From: Takakia lepidozioides
Lineage: Eukaryota > Plantae > Bryophyta
Assembly: GCA_030704615.1 (NCBI GenBank)
Contig: CM060733.1
Span: 43,214,001-43,278,000, forward strand
DNA: 64,000 nucleotides
Reading direction: 5' to 3'
Shown in pieces: positions 50,847 through 63,700 of this stretch. The position numbers and the translations under genes were made by a program. The notes below the pieces were generated by a model. It had not been told where the DNA came from. It ran no database searches and saw nothing but the letters and a program-made list of their open reading frames with translations. Position 1 is the first letter of the stretch; each line of letters begins with the position of its first letter.

Positions 50847-51915
50847 TCATTTGCAGGATATGCTCAGCATGGGTGTGGTAGGGAGGCTTTAAAGATGTAC
50901 AAGCAAATGGTACAGGAAGGAGTGACTCCCAATAAAGTCACATTCATTGGTGTTCTCAATGCATGTGCCAGCCTAACAGCCCTGGAAAAAGGAATAGAGG
51001 TCCATACCGACATCATGAAAGCTGGAATTGCACCAGATATCGTTCTGGACACTGCCCTTGTCGCCATGTATGCCACATGCAGGAGTGTGAAGAATGCTGG
51101 CCGAGTGTTTGACAACATGGTGCAACGAAATGTGGTTTCATGGAGTGCAATAATTGAAGGATATGGTCAGCATGGTTGTGGTTTGGAAGCACTGCAACTA
51201 TTTGAACAAATGCAGCAGGAAGGCTTGAAGCTGAACAATATCACCTTTAAATGTCTTCTCTCTGCATGTAGCCATGCAGGTCTTGTAGATAAAGGGAGTC
51301 ACTACTTTCATTCCATGAGTCAAGATCATGGCCTCACTCCTGCAGTTGAGCATTTTGGTTGTATGATGGACCTTCTTGGCCGTGCTGGGAGATTGGATAA
51401 GGCAGAGGACTTCATGAACAAAATGCCAATCCAACCGGATACCGTGGTATGGAGGTCCTTGCTTGGTGCCTGCAAACTACATGCCGATGTGGGGCTCACA
51501 GAACGTGCGGCAAAATGCCTTCTCAAGTGGGATCCAGAAGACGCTCCAACTTGTGCTATTGTTATGCTATGGCTGGCAGATGGGAGGATCAAGCAAGGTG
51601 CGGAAAATGATGAAGGACAGAGGTGTCAGAAAGGAGCCAGAGCGCTGCTACATTGAGATCAACAACCAGGTTCATAAATTTGTTGTAAAAGACAGATTAC
51701 ATCCACAAATCAAGGTTTCATGCTGAGCTGAAGAGATTGTCTGGGCATATGAAGGAGGCAGGGTATGTGCCTGATGTGTTTTGTATGACAAGGAGGAGAC
51801 GAAGGAGTATGCTCTTTGCGACCACAGCGAGATGCTGGCCATTGCTTTTGGGCTGATCAGCACTCCCTCTGGGATGCCTCTCTACATTATCAAGAATCTT
51901 TTCGTGTGTGGTGAC
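50847..51915 (+). pseudogene. Partial duplicate of the 3' half of PPR-DYW gene 59714-61885
   Basis: Near-identical to 60681-61767, with small deletions and frameshifts in E/E+; ends inside the DYW domain. Confidence 0.9.
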
Positions 51916-52652
51916 CCATGATCCACCTACTATATAACTTTACTTCAACATGCCTCATTGAGTAAACCTAGATTGATACATCATCGTGCTCATCTTCAGC
52001 AAAACACAAGCATCTGCCAAAGCACCCTGCCAAGGCACATGCAGAATCAATGCAGGTAATCCACTACCTTCTAAATCCAGACCCCCTCAATGAAGAATAT
52101 GTCATACTAATCTGTCAAAACTGGTGTATATACTGGACGATTTCTCTCTGTAATATGCTGACTCAAGGGCTGTTCCCCACTCGCCAAAACTAGCCACGTC
52201 TGACAGTTTCTGGCCTCTCATTTTACAATATTAGCGACGTTATGGCGCACGCCCGGCCTCAGCGGTGGACGCCCGGCTCTCCCTCCCCCCCCGGCGGCTG
52301 CAACCGCCGCCGCCTGTTCGCTGTGCCAGTCCCCTCACGTCCGCCCTGTCAGTCTGCCCGCCAGTCCGCTGCCCATGAGTCCACTCCTCGCCAAGTACGC
52401 TGGAGGCCAGTCTGCTGCGCAAGATCCCCAACTTCCAGTCCGCCGACGAGGCCCGATCTGGACCGTCCGCTCCTAAATCCTATCTGAGCCCTCCATTTTT
52501 AGGGCCTAAGCCCAAACCTTATCCCTGGCGCCTGCCACTTGCCAAAACCCTAAATGTGCGCACTGTTGCTTTTGCACATTGTCCATCGTGTCCAGGGTAC
52601 TGCGGCGTGTTTCTTACAGGTTTTGAAGCGTGCCATCTGCACTGTACAGGGC

Positions 52653-55040
52653 ATGGATGTGCAAGCAGAATGCCACGACAGACTGGAAATGGAAAGCCCG
52701 CTTATACGGCCTCTTCGACAATGTTTGCAAACACCAAAACCAGGAGCCTTCAACACGAAGGACCTCCTTTGGAAGAGTGAGACGCAATATGGGTATATGG
52801 GTGTGCAAGTGAATGTTCAAAAGGCTTGCATACCGTGGGATAGAGTTGATGACTTTATCCTTGGAGAGGAGAGTTTGGTAGATTACCCCACTCAGTTTTG
52901 GGTTAGTGTCCATACTAAAGTGCAACCCGGCATGCGAAAAGAGCCCAGAGGCAACATATTCCTGAACAGTATCATGTGTGCACCATCCTCACAATCCTTT
53001 TGTACAATCATTGCATGTGTGTTGCCATTTTTGTTTCCCACCTACTATGATGGATATCGATTTTGAATTTAATGTCCAGGTATCAATGCTGTTACGGTCA
53101 GGATGACAAGCGCACCAACAATGCAATAGTGGAGGATCCAAAACTCAAGCGTGGAGGACCTCTTGTGGGTGCTGGAACATCTCACCCTCATAAAGGCCCA
53201 AGGAGATAGAAGTCCGAGTATGGAGAGTCTTATAAGCGTGGTTGTCAATGTTGTTTCAAGGTCCAGCAAAACTACCTCACCCCCGACATATGTGTCATCA
53301 CGTACTACAACAACATGGAGCATACAGACCCAAAATGGAAAGCCTCACATGGGAAGGCGGCTGAGTTCAGGAACACCCGCCACGCCTATGCACCACACAT
53401 TGGTGAAGAATTGAAAGAACTGGCCTTCATTGTGGACGATGTCGAGGCAGAATAAACGCTATTTGGTAAGTCTGTTGTAGACCAGTCCGCTAGCAGTCCG
53501 CTCATGCAGTCCGGTGGCAGTCTGCTGGCACTCCGCTCATAGAGTCCGCTGGAACAGCCTGACGGGCAAGTCCAATGTGAAGTCCTCCTGGTAAGTCAAG
53601 TGGGTTAGCCGTCCTGGTAAGTGGAGTGCATTGTATTGTCCACTGGGCAACGATGTCCACTGGGTCAGTCCACTGGGGGAGTCCACTGGCCAGTCATTGC
53701 ATTGTACTGTCCAGTACGGCCCTCCATTGTATTTGTCCGCTGCTCCAGTCCACTGCCACACTCCACTGATACAGTCCGCCGGCACAGTCCACTCTTACAG
53801 TCCGCTATTATAGTCCCACTAATGCAATCCCCTCTCAAGAATCTAATGTGCACATGGATGTTGTGCATAATTTTTTTTGACGTGGAGTACTCATATTCCT
53901 GTGCCTTTGACATGTCCGCAAGGCTTGGGCAAACCAATCATGCAAGAAAACAAATGATCATATCACCGCTGCAAACTTGTTGAAAGATATGGGAGATCTC
54001 ATGTACTATAGAGGTGGACCACGGAACCCAAAAAGAGTGCTTCGGTGGGTTGCAAGGAGAATCCATCGTATGAGGATGAAATATCCGAAAGATCTGGAAT
54101 TTCTTCAGTATACGACCAGTACTGGGCTCCCAAAATAGCAATGTGGTGTACAACATCGCGCCTTGTTCCTCATGCCAGTCAAGACACAAATGCCAGCATT
54201 GAAGCATACCATGGAAATCTGAAGGCAAGACTTGCCATGGGGAAAGGCAAGATGACTGGTCGTAGAGTGGACTGGCTTATATGGGAATTGACTGGTCGTG
54301 TGCTAACACACTACTGGTACGCAATCCATTTGAAGACGCACGGGTTCATACAAAATGACAAACAAGAAAAGTACATTTCCAGTTTGGTGCTTACGGCACG
54401 GGACATTCCAGCGTGCAATGTTACTCTTCCAGAGAGCCCTGGACAGCCAGCCTATGTTCTCAGCACCAATCACCCCGGCATAACATATATTGTTTACAAT
54501 CCGGCGAGCGATTGGGCTTCTTGCACGTGCCCGTGGGCAATGAAGGGAAACTTGTGTAAGCATCAGGTTCAAGTTCTCAAGTTGCTTCACCCTGACTTGC
54601 AGGATGGCCTCATCGTGCGCGTTTTGTGGCACAACTTTGGGAACCATTCACGGAGGATTACTGAACTTGATGTTGGGTAGTACAGCCGATGATGAGGACT
54701 GCAGAAATGGAACGGGCAGACTAGCTGAAGATGACTTTGCGTACGACGAGTGCCCAGCCGAGGTGAACACCTCCGTGGAGCAAGAATTTGTAGACATACT
54801 TCGGATTGTCGGTGATGACAAATATCTGGAGGCACATGTCTTGTCTTGTCTTCGTATCTGTAAAGGCCAACTCGTTGATATACTGGCCAAAAGTGCGGCG
54901 GGAATGTTGCACCCTGCGGCAGCAAAAGCTTTCCGTCCTGTGAATGACAATAACAACATGTCCTTGAAAAAGAAATGGGATTTCGTGGAGGCCTGGAAAA
55001 CGCGGCCTAGAATTTTAAGGAGGACTACGAAAAGGGTGTG
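52653..55040 (+). pseudogene. MULE transposase remnant with SWIM zinc finger
   Basis: SYKRGCQCCFKV..EH (WRKY/GCM1-like), FIVDD, DTNASIEAYHGNLK (catalytic Glu motif), CTCPWAMKGNLCKH (SWIM); stops and frameshifts. Confidence 0.8.
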
Positions 55041-55699
55041 TGCCCCTATACCTGCAGCACATATATACTCCACAATTCGGAGGGGATTGCTAAACCGTGA
55101 GCAGAATCCGTGAGCAGAATTCTGCTCACGCTTTTGGATGTGCTCACCTATAATCGCGGACACCTATTCGGCTTAGAGGACCTATTACTGTGGGTAGTGT
55201 CCAGTATAACATGCATACCAATTCATCGTTATGGATGAATGACGGATGAATAATGGATGAATGGACGATGAATGTATGTTGGACGAATGGCACATGGATG
55301 AATGTAGTTTATGGTTGAATACAAAATTAAAAAGCATTTTTGAGTAGTGGTTGCCAAATCCTCTAAGCTCCAGAGTGAACCTCTGCCAACTGCAGAGGGT
55401 TGTGGTTGTCATTTCACCAGGTATCCTAAGTCGAGAGAAATGCTGACACCCAATTGCAAAGAAGGTGGAGAGGCCATTTGGTGCTTTAGTATAAATCGTT
55501 TGAAAACAGCCGATTCATTCCGACGAAGAATATCCACTGCTACTGGAGTCGGAGTCCAAAACGAAGGGAGACCTGTCTATGAAGACACTAGCCTTTGCTC
55601 TGCACAAAATCCTCTCTATCGTAAAGCATAGGAGGGGGAGAAGAGAGAAGACTAAATTTGCAAGCTGCAGCCTCCACATAACATGAAATTTGTAACGTC

Positions 55700-57170
55700 T
55701 TCTGGTGTGCTATTTGGGATGAATGACATCTACAAATTGTTCGGACCACATAACTTATGATTTGTTGTCATGTCCTTGACCAAAAATCCATGCTGGGTAA
55801 ACGTCAGGTCTTTTACTTGCAAAGCAGGGGTTGGGTTCATTTGCAAGTTTTCCAATTTTTATTTCCGAATGTGCCAGATTAAGGTGTCGTCAACCTTAAT
55901 CTGGTTATTCTTCTGGTGTGTTATTTGGGGTGAATGACATCTACAAATTGCTCGGACCACATAACGTATGATTCGTTGTCATGTCATTCTTTCATGTGAC
56001 CAGAAATCCATGCTGGGTAAACGCTAGGTCTTTTGCTTGCAAAGCAGGGGTTGGGTTCATTCATTTTTTATTTTTATTTTTATTTTTCCCGAATGTATTT
56101 GCAAGTTTTCTAATATATATATTGTTTTATTTTATTTTATTTTTCCCCGAATGTGCCAGATTAAGGTTTAATCTAGCTGGTCTTTGGGTGTGCTATTTGG
56201 GGTGAATGGCATCTACAAATTGCTCGGACCATATAACTTATGATTCGTTGTCATGTCCTTCTTCCATGTGACCAGAAATCCATGCTGGTAAATGCCAGGT
56301 CTTTTGCTTGCAAAGCAGGGGTTGGGTTCATTTGCAAGTTTTCCAATATATATATGTATATATATTTTTTAATTTTTTTTAATTTTTCCCCGAATGTGCC
56401 AGATTAAGGTGGCTGGTCTTTTGGTGTGCTATTTGGGCTGAATGGCATCTACAAATTACTCGGCTTATGATTCGTTGTCATGTCATTCTTCCAGGTGACC
56501 AAAAATCCATGCTGGGTAAATGCCGGGTCTTTTGTTGCAAAGCAAGGGTTGGGTTCATTTGCAAGTTTTCAAAAACAATATTTATTATTTATTATTTTTA
56601 TTTTTTATTTTTTTTCCCCGAATGTGCCAGATTAAGGTGTCGTCAACAACACCTTAATCTGGCTGGTCTTTTGGTGTGCTATTTGGGGTGAATGGCATCT
56701 ACAAATTACTCGGCTTATGATTCGTTGTCATGTCCTTCTTCCAGGTGACCAAAAATCCATGCTGGGTAAACTCCAGGTCTTTTGTTGCAAAGCAAGGGCT
56801 GGGTTCATTTGCAAGTTTTCTATATATATATATATATTATTTTATTATTTTATTTTCCCCGAATGTGCCAGATTAAGGTGTTGTCAACGACACCTTAATC
56901 TCTGGTGTGCTATTTGGGGGTGAATGGCATCTACAAATTGCTTGGCTAATGATTCGTTGTCATGTCCTTCTTCCAGGTGACCAAAAATCCATGCTGGGTA
57001 AACGCCAGGTCTTTTGCTTGCAAGGCAGGGGTTGGGTTCATTTGCAAATTTTCCAAAAAACAAAAAAACAAAATATATATATATATATATATATATTTGT
57101 TTTTTCCCCTCTGAATGTGTCAGATGAAGGTGGCGTTGACGCCAGCTTAATCTGACTGGTCTTCTGGGCC
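55700..57170. repeat. Tandem array of about 6 units of 210-270 bp with a variable AT-rich segment
   Basis: GGTGTG(C/T)TATTTGG recurs near 55704, 55915, 56187, 56423, 56673 and 56904. Confidence 0.88.
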
Positions 57171-57559
57171 GGAATTAAGCTTTCGCCAAATTAAAATACA
57201 CTTATTTAAACTCAACAACACATGGATCCCTACGCACATGTTGTTGCAGTTATCCATGGTTCACTCATTTGGGCAATTTTTCATCCGACACTCATTCAAC
57301 GTTCATTCAATGTTCATCCATTCTCTTTTACGTTCATCATAGATACATTCATCTGACAGTTTCACATTCGTGCCACATTGTTGTCATGGAGTCTGTCTGT
57401 CTTCGGTCCGATGGAGAGAAGATTGCGCTCTTGCAGTGGAGTTTGTGTCCACGGCAATAGGCCCACTTGTTCCCTCGCTTTTAGGGTCCGCATCAATAAT
57501 CTGCTCACGCTTACAATCTGCTCACGGATAAGGGAATCTGCTCACAGGTTCAATGATCA

Positions 57560-57790
57560 CCTGCTCCAGACCCGACCTCATAGTCACCCGTCGATCCACC
57601 ATCAAAAAGTTTGTGGCAAAGCGGGTTTCACCCGAGTTCCTAAGGCTGTATTTGGGTTCATGCTTTCTAAACAATGCCAGAGGGATGTGATGATGCACAA
57701 CTTGTGCACTTCCTTGCAAGCCGTTTTACTTGGTCCCCTAAACAGTCCCGCCGTCCGATACGAATTTGCAATGTATACACTCCCCCATGT
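57560..57790 (-). pseudogene. hAT-type transposase fragment
   Basis: LALFRKH..SLRNSGETRFATNFLMVDR..LEQV resembles the hAT TRF motif region. Confidence 0.5.
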
Positions 57791-59713
57791 GCATATGCTT
57801 CCGCGATTTCCGCCCTCATGGGTTCCGTTGTAGTACGAAGGGGTCAAGCCTCTTAGAACAGATGCAAAACGAAGGCGTTAAGCGTATCATGAGGGATCGG
57901 AAGCAGATGACGATATGGAGGACAGATAAGGCAGTAGCATATTCATGACATACAGCCATACCAAAAAGCCCAAGGTTCCCTAAAGCACAACAAAAAGGCA
58001 AAAATAGTGGAAGCATATGCACGATAGTGGCTGTAGAGCCCGCCCTGACAGTCCTGCCATGTTCAGGCACACCCCTCATCATCATCAACGTTGCTCGTGC
58101 ACAAGAAGAAGACGGGCGTGCGTGGAAACGCCTACCGCAACATCGGACAACAAAGAGCCCTCACAAGAGACTGGCCGGATTTGGTTTAGGCTCTAAAAAT
58201 GGAGGGCTCAGATGGGATTTAGGAGCGGATGGTCCAGATCGGGCCTTGTCGGCGGACTGGAAGTTGGTGAACTGGCGCAGCAGACTGGCCGGCAGACTAG
58301 CGAGGAGCGGATTCATGAGCGGCGGACTGGCGGGCAGACTGACAGGGTGGACGTGAGGGGACTGGCACAGCGGACCGGCCGCGACGGACAGCCGCGGGCG
58401 CGGTTGTTGCGGCCGCAGGCGCGGCTGGGGGAGGGGGGCGTCCGTGCGCGGGGCCAACCGCTGAGGCCGCGCGTGCGCCATAACGTCGCTAATATTGCAA
58501 AGTGAGAGGCGCTGTAGAGTACCATTTCACATTTTTTTGGGCCTGTCTTTGTTCCTGACGGTCCTCGACTTATCACTTGCATACAATCACAATCACAATC
58601 ACATGTATCGCATCCGTTGCGAGAGAGAGGATTAAAGGAGCAGCGCTCGAGTCAAAATCATGCTTTGCGGCATGACCCAAATCCCTCCAACGGGTGTGCG
58701 CGTGCATGCCGGGCTGTTTCAATAACCTGCTGGTTGAAAGCAGCTGTATCCAGGGAGGAGTCGTGCAGCCAAAGCTTGCGCGACTACACTTTTGAGCAAT
58801 TCAACATATGAACTACTGTCAGGTTTGTGGGGATAGGATGCCTGCTCTGTTTAATGGTTGTCTACGTGGGGAGATGGGTAGGATCTATGCATTTTTGTTG
58901 TCGTGCTGGGTAGCTGACTGAAGGATGCAGGGATGGAATGTGGATGCAGATCAATTCCAGAGGACCAGATTTCAAGCACAAGAATGTCGACAAGGCATTC
59001 TGAATTGGCAGATACAAGAAACCTGCGTGAGTAGATGGTCAATTGGAGAAGCTGGACGCAACTCGGCAAAAGTCTGCGGCCAGTCCTGGTGGAAGGGGAT
59101 TGTCAGAGTGTTTCCTGTATGTTAGTCGCTCCTCTTGTAGACATACGCCCCTAGCAGACTTCTGAACTTTCTGAAGAGGGAAGTGGATTGACAGATTATT
59201 CCTGTATGCTAGCGCCTCCTCTTGTAGAAATACACCCCTAGCAGTCTTGAAGTTGTTCTGGTCAGTACATGCATCCTGATTATTATGAGACTAGACAGGT
59301 AGCCATCCATTTGATATGTGGGAAACATTTCCTTCCTCGATTTGGACAGAAATGGATCCCAAAAACTATGGGTGCATTGTCGGGTTGACTACAGGGGAGT
59401 ACCCAGCTATTCTGTGGTGTACCTTTCTTGTCAGTGTGAAGGTGAACACAGCTGTCAGATGTGGGTCTTGGTCATGCATGCGGAAGACATCAGTATTGGT
59501 ATTGTCCTTCTTGTGTGAGGTGAAGGACACATCCACACAGTGTTGTGGAAGGTAACCAACTATTATTTCAATATAGCAGCCTGTCCTCATGAAGAAATCT
59601 GTTCTAACGTAGGTAGGAGCTTTCAGGTATAGTAGTTCAGTTCAAGTGTGGGGTTCTGGAGAAACAAAGATTTGAGCCAGAATTGACTCAGGCATATATG
59701 ATTTGAATCAGGC

Positions 59714-61885
59714 ATGTCCACTACAACCGCTTTTCAAAGGAGACCAAAAGTTGGAGTCACCAAGAAGTGTTCTGGCACTTGTGGGAATGTCAGAGTCCCC
59801 TATAACGCAGGACAACTGAAAGAGGCACTACAGATTTTGGACCAACCAGGTGTTTCAAGACACACTTATGTCTATCTCTTGCAGGCGTGCATCAAAACGG
59901 AATGCCTAGCAGAGGGGAAGCAGGTGCATGCCCATATTATCCAAAATGGATTCAAGCCAAACATCTTTCTACTCAACACCCTTGTCAACATGTATGCCAA
60001 GTGTGGGAGCATGGTGGATGCACGCCAAGTCTTTGAGACAATGCTTAAACGAGATATGTTTACATGGAACATGCTGATTGGAGGGTATGCCAAGCACGGG
60101 TATGGTAGGGATGCTTTGGAAATCTACAAGAGAATGACAGGGGAAGGGGTCACGCCCGACAGGGTCACATTCATTTGTGTTCTCAATGCATGTGCAAGCC
60201 TGTCAGCCCTGGAAAAGGGTAGCGAGGTCCATGCTGACATCAGCAAAGCTGGAATTCTGCCAGATATCATTTTGAACACTGCCCTCATCACTATGTATAC
60301 CAAATGTGGCAGTATGAAGGATTCGCGTCAAGTGTTTGACAACATGGCTGAACGAAATGTTGTTTCGTGGAGTGCAATCATTGCAGGATATGCTCAGCAT
60401 GGGTGTGGTGGGGAGGCTTTGGAGATGTATGAGGAAATGATACTGCAAGGGGTTATGCCCAACAACATCACGTTCGTTTCTGTTCTCAATGCTTGTGGTA
60501 GCCTGAGAGCTCTGGAAAAGGGCAAAAAGTTCCATGCCGACATCATTCAAGCTGGGATTACACTAGATATTGTTCTGGACACTGCACTTGTTGACATGTA
60601 TTCCAAATGCGGGAGCATGAAGGATGCCCGTCTAGTATTCAACAATATGGCTAAACGAAATGTTGTGTCGTGGAGTGCAATCATTGCAGGATATGCTCAG
60701 CATGGGTGTGGTAGGGAGGCTTTAAAGATCTACAAGCAAATGGTACAGGAAGGAGTGACTCCCAATAAAGTCACATTCATTGGTGTTCTCAATGCATGTG
60801 CCAGCCTAACAGCCCTGGAAAAAGGAATAGAAGTCCATACTGACATCATGAAAGCTGGAATTGCACCAGATATCATTCTGGACACTGCCCTTGTCGCTAT
60901 GTATGCCAAATGTGGGAGTGTAAAGAATGCTCGCCGAGTGTTTGACAACATGGCTCAACGAAATGTGGTTTCATGGAGTGCACTAATTGCAGGATATGGT
61001 CAGCATGGTTGTGGTTTGGAAGCACTGCAACTATTTGAACAAATGCAGCAGGAAGGCTTGAAGCCGAACAATATCACCTTTAAATGTCTTCTCTCTGCAT
61101 GTAGCCATGCAGGTCTTGTAGATAAAGGGAGTCACTACTTTCATTCCATGAGTCAAGATCATGGCTTCACTCCTGCAGTTGAGCATTTTGGTTGTATGGT
61201 GGACCTTCTTGGCCGTGCTGGGCGATTGGATGAGGCAGAGGACTTCATCAACAAAATGCCAATCCAACCAGATACCGTGGTATGGAGGTCCTTGCTTGGT
61301 GCCTGCAAACTTCATGCTAATGTGGGGCTCGCAGAACGTGCGGCAAAATGCCTTCTCGAGTTGGATCCAGAAGACTCTCCAACTTATGAGCTATTGTCAA
61401 GCATTTATGCTATGGCTGGCAGGTGGGAGGATCAAGCAAAGGTGAGGGAAATGATGAAGGACAGAGGTGTCAGAAAGGAGCCAGAGCGCTGCTACATTGA
61501 GATCGACAACCAGGTTCATAAATTTGTTGTGAAAGACAGATTACATCCACAAATCAAGGAAGTTCATGCTGAGCTGAAGAGATTGTCTGGGCATATGAAG
61601 GAGGCAGGGTATGTGCCTGACGTACGCGTTGTGTTTTATGACAAGGAGGAGACGAAGGAGTATGCTCTTTGCAACCACAGCGAGATGCTGGCCATTGCTT
61701 TTGGGCTGATCACCACCCCCTCTGGGATGCCTCTCTACATTATCAAGAATCTTCTGGTGTGTGGTGATTGCCACACAGCCACCAAGTTCATCTCAAAGAT
61801 TGTTGGGCGGGCTGTAGTCATACGAGATGCCAGCCACTTTCATCACTTTCAGGATGGGGTTTGTTCTTGTGGGGACTACTGGTGA
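59714..61885 (+). CDS. PLS-E-DYW PPR protein (C-to-U RNA-editing factor type)
   Basis: Uninterrupted 723-aa ORF with PLS array, HSEMLA, CGDCH and terminal CSCGDYW. Confidence 0.93.
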   Translation: MSTTTAFQRRPKVGVTKKCSGTCGNVRVPYNAGQLKEALQILDQPGVSRHTYVYLLQACIKTECLAEGKQVHAHIIQNGFKPNIFLLNTLVNMYAKCGSMVDARQVFETMLKRDMFTWNMLIGGYAKHGYGRDALEIYKRMTGEGVTPDRVTFICVLNACASLSALEKGSEVHADISKAGILPDIILNTALITMYTKCGSMKDSRQVFDNMAERNVVSWSAIIAGYAQHGCGGEALEMYEEMILQGVMPNNITFVSVLNACGSLRALEKGKKFHADIIQAGITLDIVLDTALVDMYSKCGSMKDARLVFNNMAKRNVVSWSAIIAGYAQHGCGREALKIYKQMVQEGVTPNKVTFIGVLNACASLTALEKGIEVHTDIMKAGIAPDIILDTALVAMYAKCGSVKNARRVFDNMAQRNVVSWSALIAGYGQHGCGLEALQLFEQMQQEGLKPNNITFKCLLSACSHAGLVDKGSHYFHSMSQDHGFTPAVEHFGCMVDLLGRAGRLDEAEDFINKMPIQPDTVVWRSLLGACKLHANVGLAERAAKCLLELDPEDSPTYELLSSIYAMAGRWEDQAKVREMMKDRGVRKEPERCYIEIDNQVHKFVVKDRLHPQIKEVHAELKRLSGHMKEAGYVPDVRVVFYDKEETKEYALCNHSEMLAIAFGLITTPSGMPLYIIKNLLVCGDCHTATKFISKIVGRAVVIRDASHFHHFQDGVCSCGDYW

Positions 61886-62456
61886 AGTGATTATAGCCAA
61901 CTAGTCTGGCTTGAGTACAGACCAAGTTCTGGAAAGACCATGCAGCTCAAAAGCTTTCAGACAAACTACCCGTGCAGGGGCATGTTGGCCCTGTTCTCCT
62001 CTTCCATTCCTGCTGCACATGCATTACACTTGAAGAGAAGAATTGATTGCTGAGACCGGTGCTGTGCTTAGCGGTACAGCCATGTTTGGCAAGGGCAGGG
62101 ATCCCATGCTTTCTGTGAAGTTAAGAAGTTATCTTTATTCCTCAGAAACAGGGGCTGTGAAAATTTGGTAGCCATTTCATGGTCATGCCTGCAGCTCCTT
62201 CAGAAAGGACCACAATCATGGTCTCCTCCAATCTGGCTTGGCTGTAAGAACCCCTTCTATTGCAATGTTCACTTCACCACTGTTATTGGGGGTGAGTCTG
62301 GGCTTTTCGGCGTCACCCACAGGAAGATTGACTCCAGTGTGGGTATCTGACGATACTATGTAAACACAGGAAAATAATATTCATGCACCTGGGCACAAAC
62401 GCTCTCTACATATGAAGCACAGATTACAGTAAGTTGAATTTAGGTCAGGGAGGTAT

Positions 62457-63700
62457 TTATTCAAGTAAATGATGCACCCACTCATTGAGCACACCTGTGG
62501 ATCCATACCAGGGTCTAGTCTTATCGCTTGCCCCCACTGGGGAGTGGTAAACCCCCTCAAATGTGACATTTAAAGCCTCGTTTAAGTGGGCTGATATCTC
62601 GGGCACAACTCCATCCCCCCATACATCTGCCTGGCCACAAACCTGTTAAATGTTCAAAAGCCCACAAACATTCAATCTCAGCAAATATTGCCAAATACAA
62701 TAGATGTGAAGCATGTTGCCAAGAAGCACCAGGAGAGAGAGTCTTTACGCATAAGAAAAGGTGTCAACTCCCAGAGCTTAGGTTGAAAAACACAGCACTT
62801 GAAGAGTTACACAGATAAATCCCAATGCACAGAAAGGAAGTAGAGAAGAAGGATTCCCCAAAAATGGTAAGAAGAGATTGACAGACCTGTTTGTAGCCCT
62901 GTCCAACAATACGCGCTCGCAGGGTGGGAGGAGCTGGTTTCACAACCCTGCCCTCCACCACCTCTCCCACACCTGGCTCTAGGTTTCCTTCCTCTGCTGC
63001 GGATACCAAAACATTCCCATCTGGGCCCTCAACAATACCAATACCAGTTGCTGCAACTGTTGAAGCATCTTCAGTGAAAAACTTGTCACCCTTCAAATAC
63101 CTGCATTCAAGGTTTACACAGATGGTTAAACGAGTCTCTCTTTCTCGACTCTCCCCCAGCCTCACTTCCTCCTCCCTCCGTGGCAATAACAGCAATCTGA
63201 GTAGTAGTAATAATCTAAAAGAGTGCAAGGGCCCAAATCTCACAAGATATAATCAATTTCTGAGAATACAAACTGCTCTTCCACTTGAAACTAAATTGAA
63301 GATGATCTGGAGTCCAACGAATGCAATGTACCTGCCTGCAATGCAAACATACTTTACGTCGGGTGCATGGAAGGCTCCAGGGCAGTTTTCTTCCACATAA
63401 TAGAGGAGACCCCTTGTTTGGTCAATCACCCCAGGAACGCCCCTGGGAGGAGGTCTGCAGCCCGGTACACTGAGTTGTCAAGGAAAGCTTTTGTTTCATG
63501 ACAATCACGAAAACATAGTGTCACCATCCAAACAATGGACTGGTAGATATTGCTTTGTACATACAAGTGAGGTGTCCCGAGAGTGAGAAGGAGAGCAATG
63601 TCTTCAGTGCCGTAGCTGGCCAGGAAAACTCGTGCCAGCCATCCACCCGCAGAGTGCCCTATCAATGACACCTTCGTCCCCTCTGCCACAGACATAATTA
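62457..63700 (-). CDS. Alpha/beta-hydrolase (PGAP1-like/lipase family), 3' exons; 5' exons lie further right or outside the window
   Basis: IGHSAGG nucleophile elbow, LTLGTPH, GVIDQTRGLLYYVE, GYKQVCG..WGDGVVP, GVYHSP; GT-AG introns; TAA at 62457-62459. Confidence 0.85.

Larger units (their letters stand above)
52213..58510 (+). mobile_element. Mutator-like element with about 300-bp GC-rich TIRs and a degraded SWIM-type transposase
   Basis: GCCTCTCATTTTACAATATTAGCGACGTTATGGCGCACGC.. at 52213 is inverted at ..58510; transposase motifs lie inside; no TSD seen. Confidence 0.8.

Noticed and set aside
55700-57170. CRISPR-like repeat-spacer array
   Set aside because: Repeats are about 190 bp, the variable parts are AT microsatellite slippage, there are no cas genes, and the context is eukaryotic.
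52200-58520. 9-bp TSD for the Mutator-like element
   Set aside because: The flanks CAGTTTCTG and GCTGTAGAG do not match.
40086-61774. Many short antisense ORFs over PPR and ClpB exons (e.g. MLPHLAYM..., 33379-33672)
   Set aside because: They are reverse-frame shadows of repetitive coding sequence.
45133-61885. U-to-C (DYW:KP) editing factors
   Set aside because: Both intact domains have HSE and terminal DYW and lack the KP box and the GRP/DRH-type ends.
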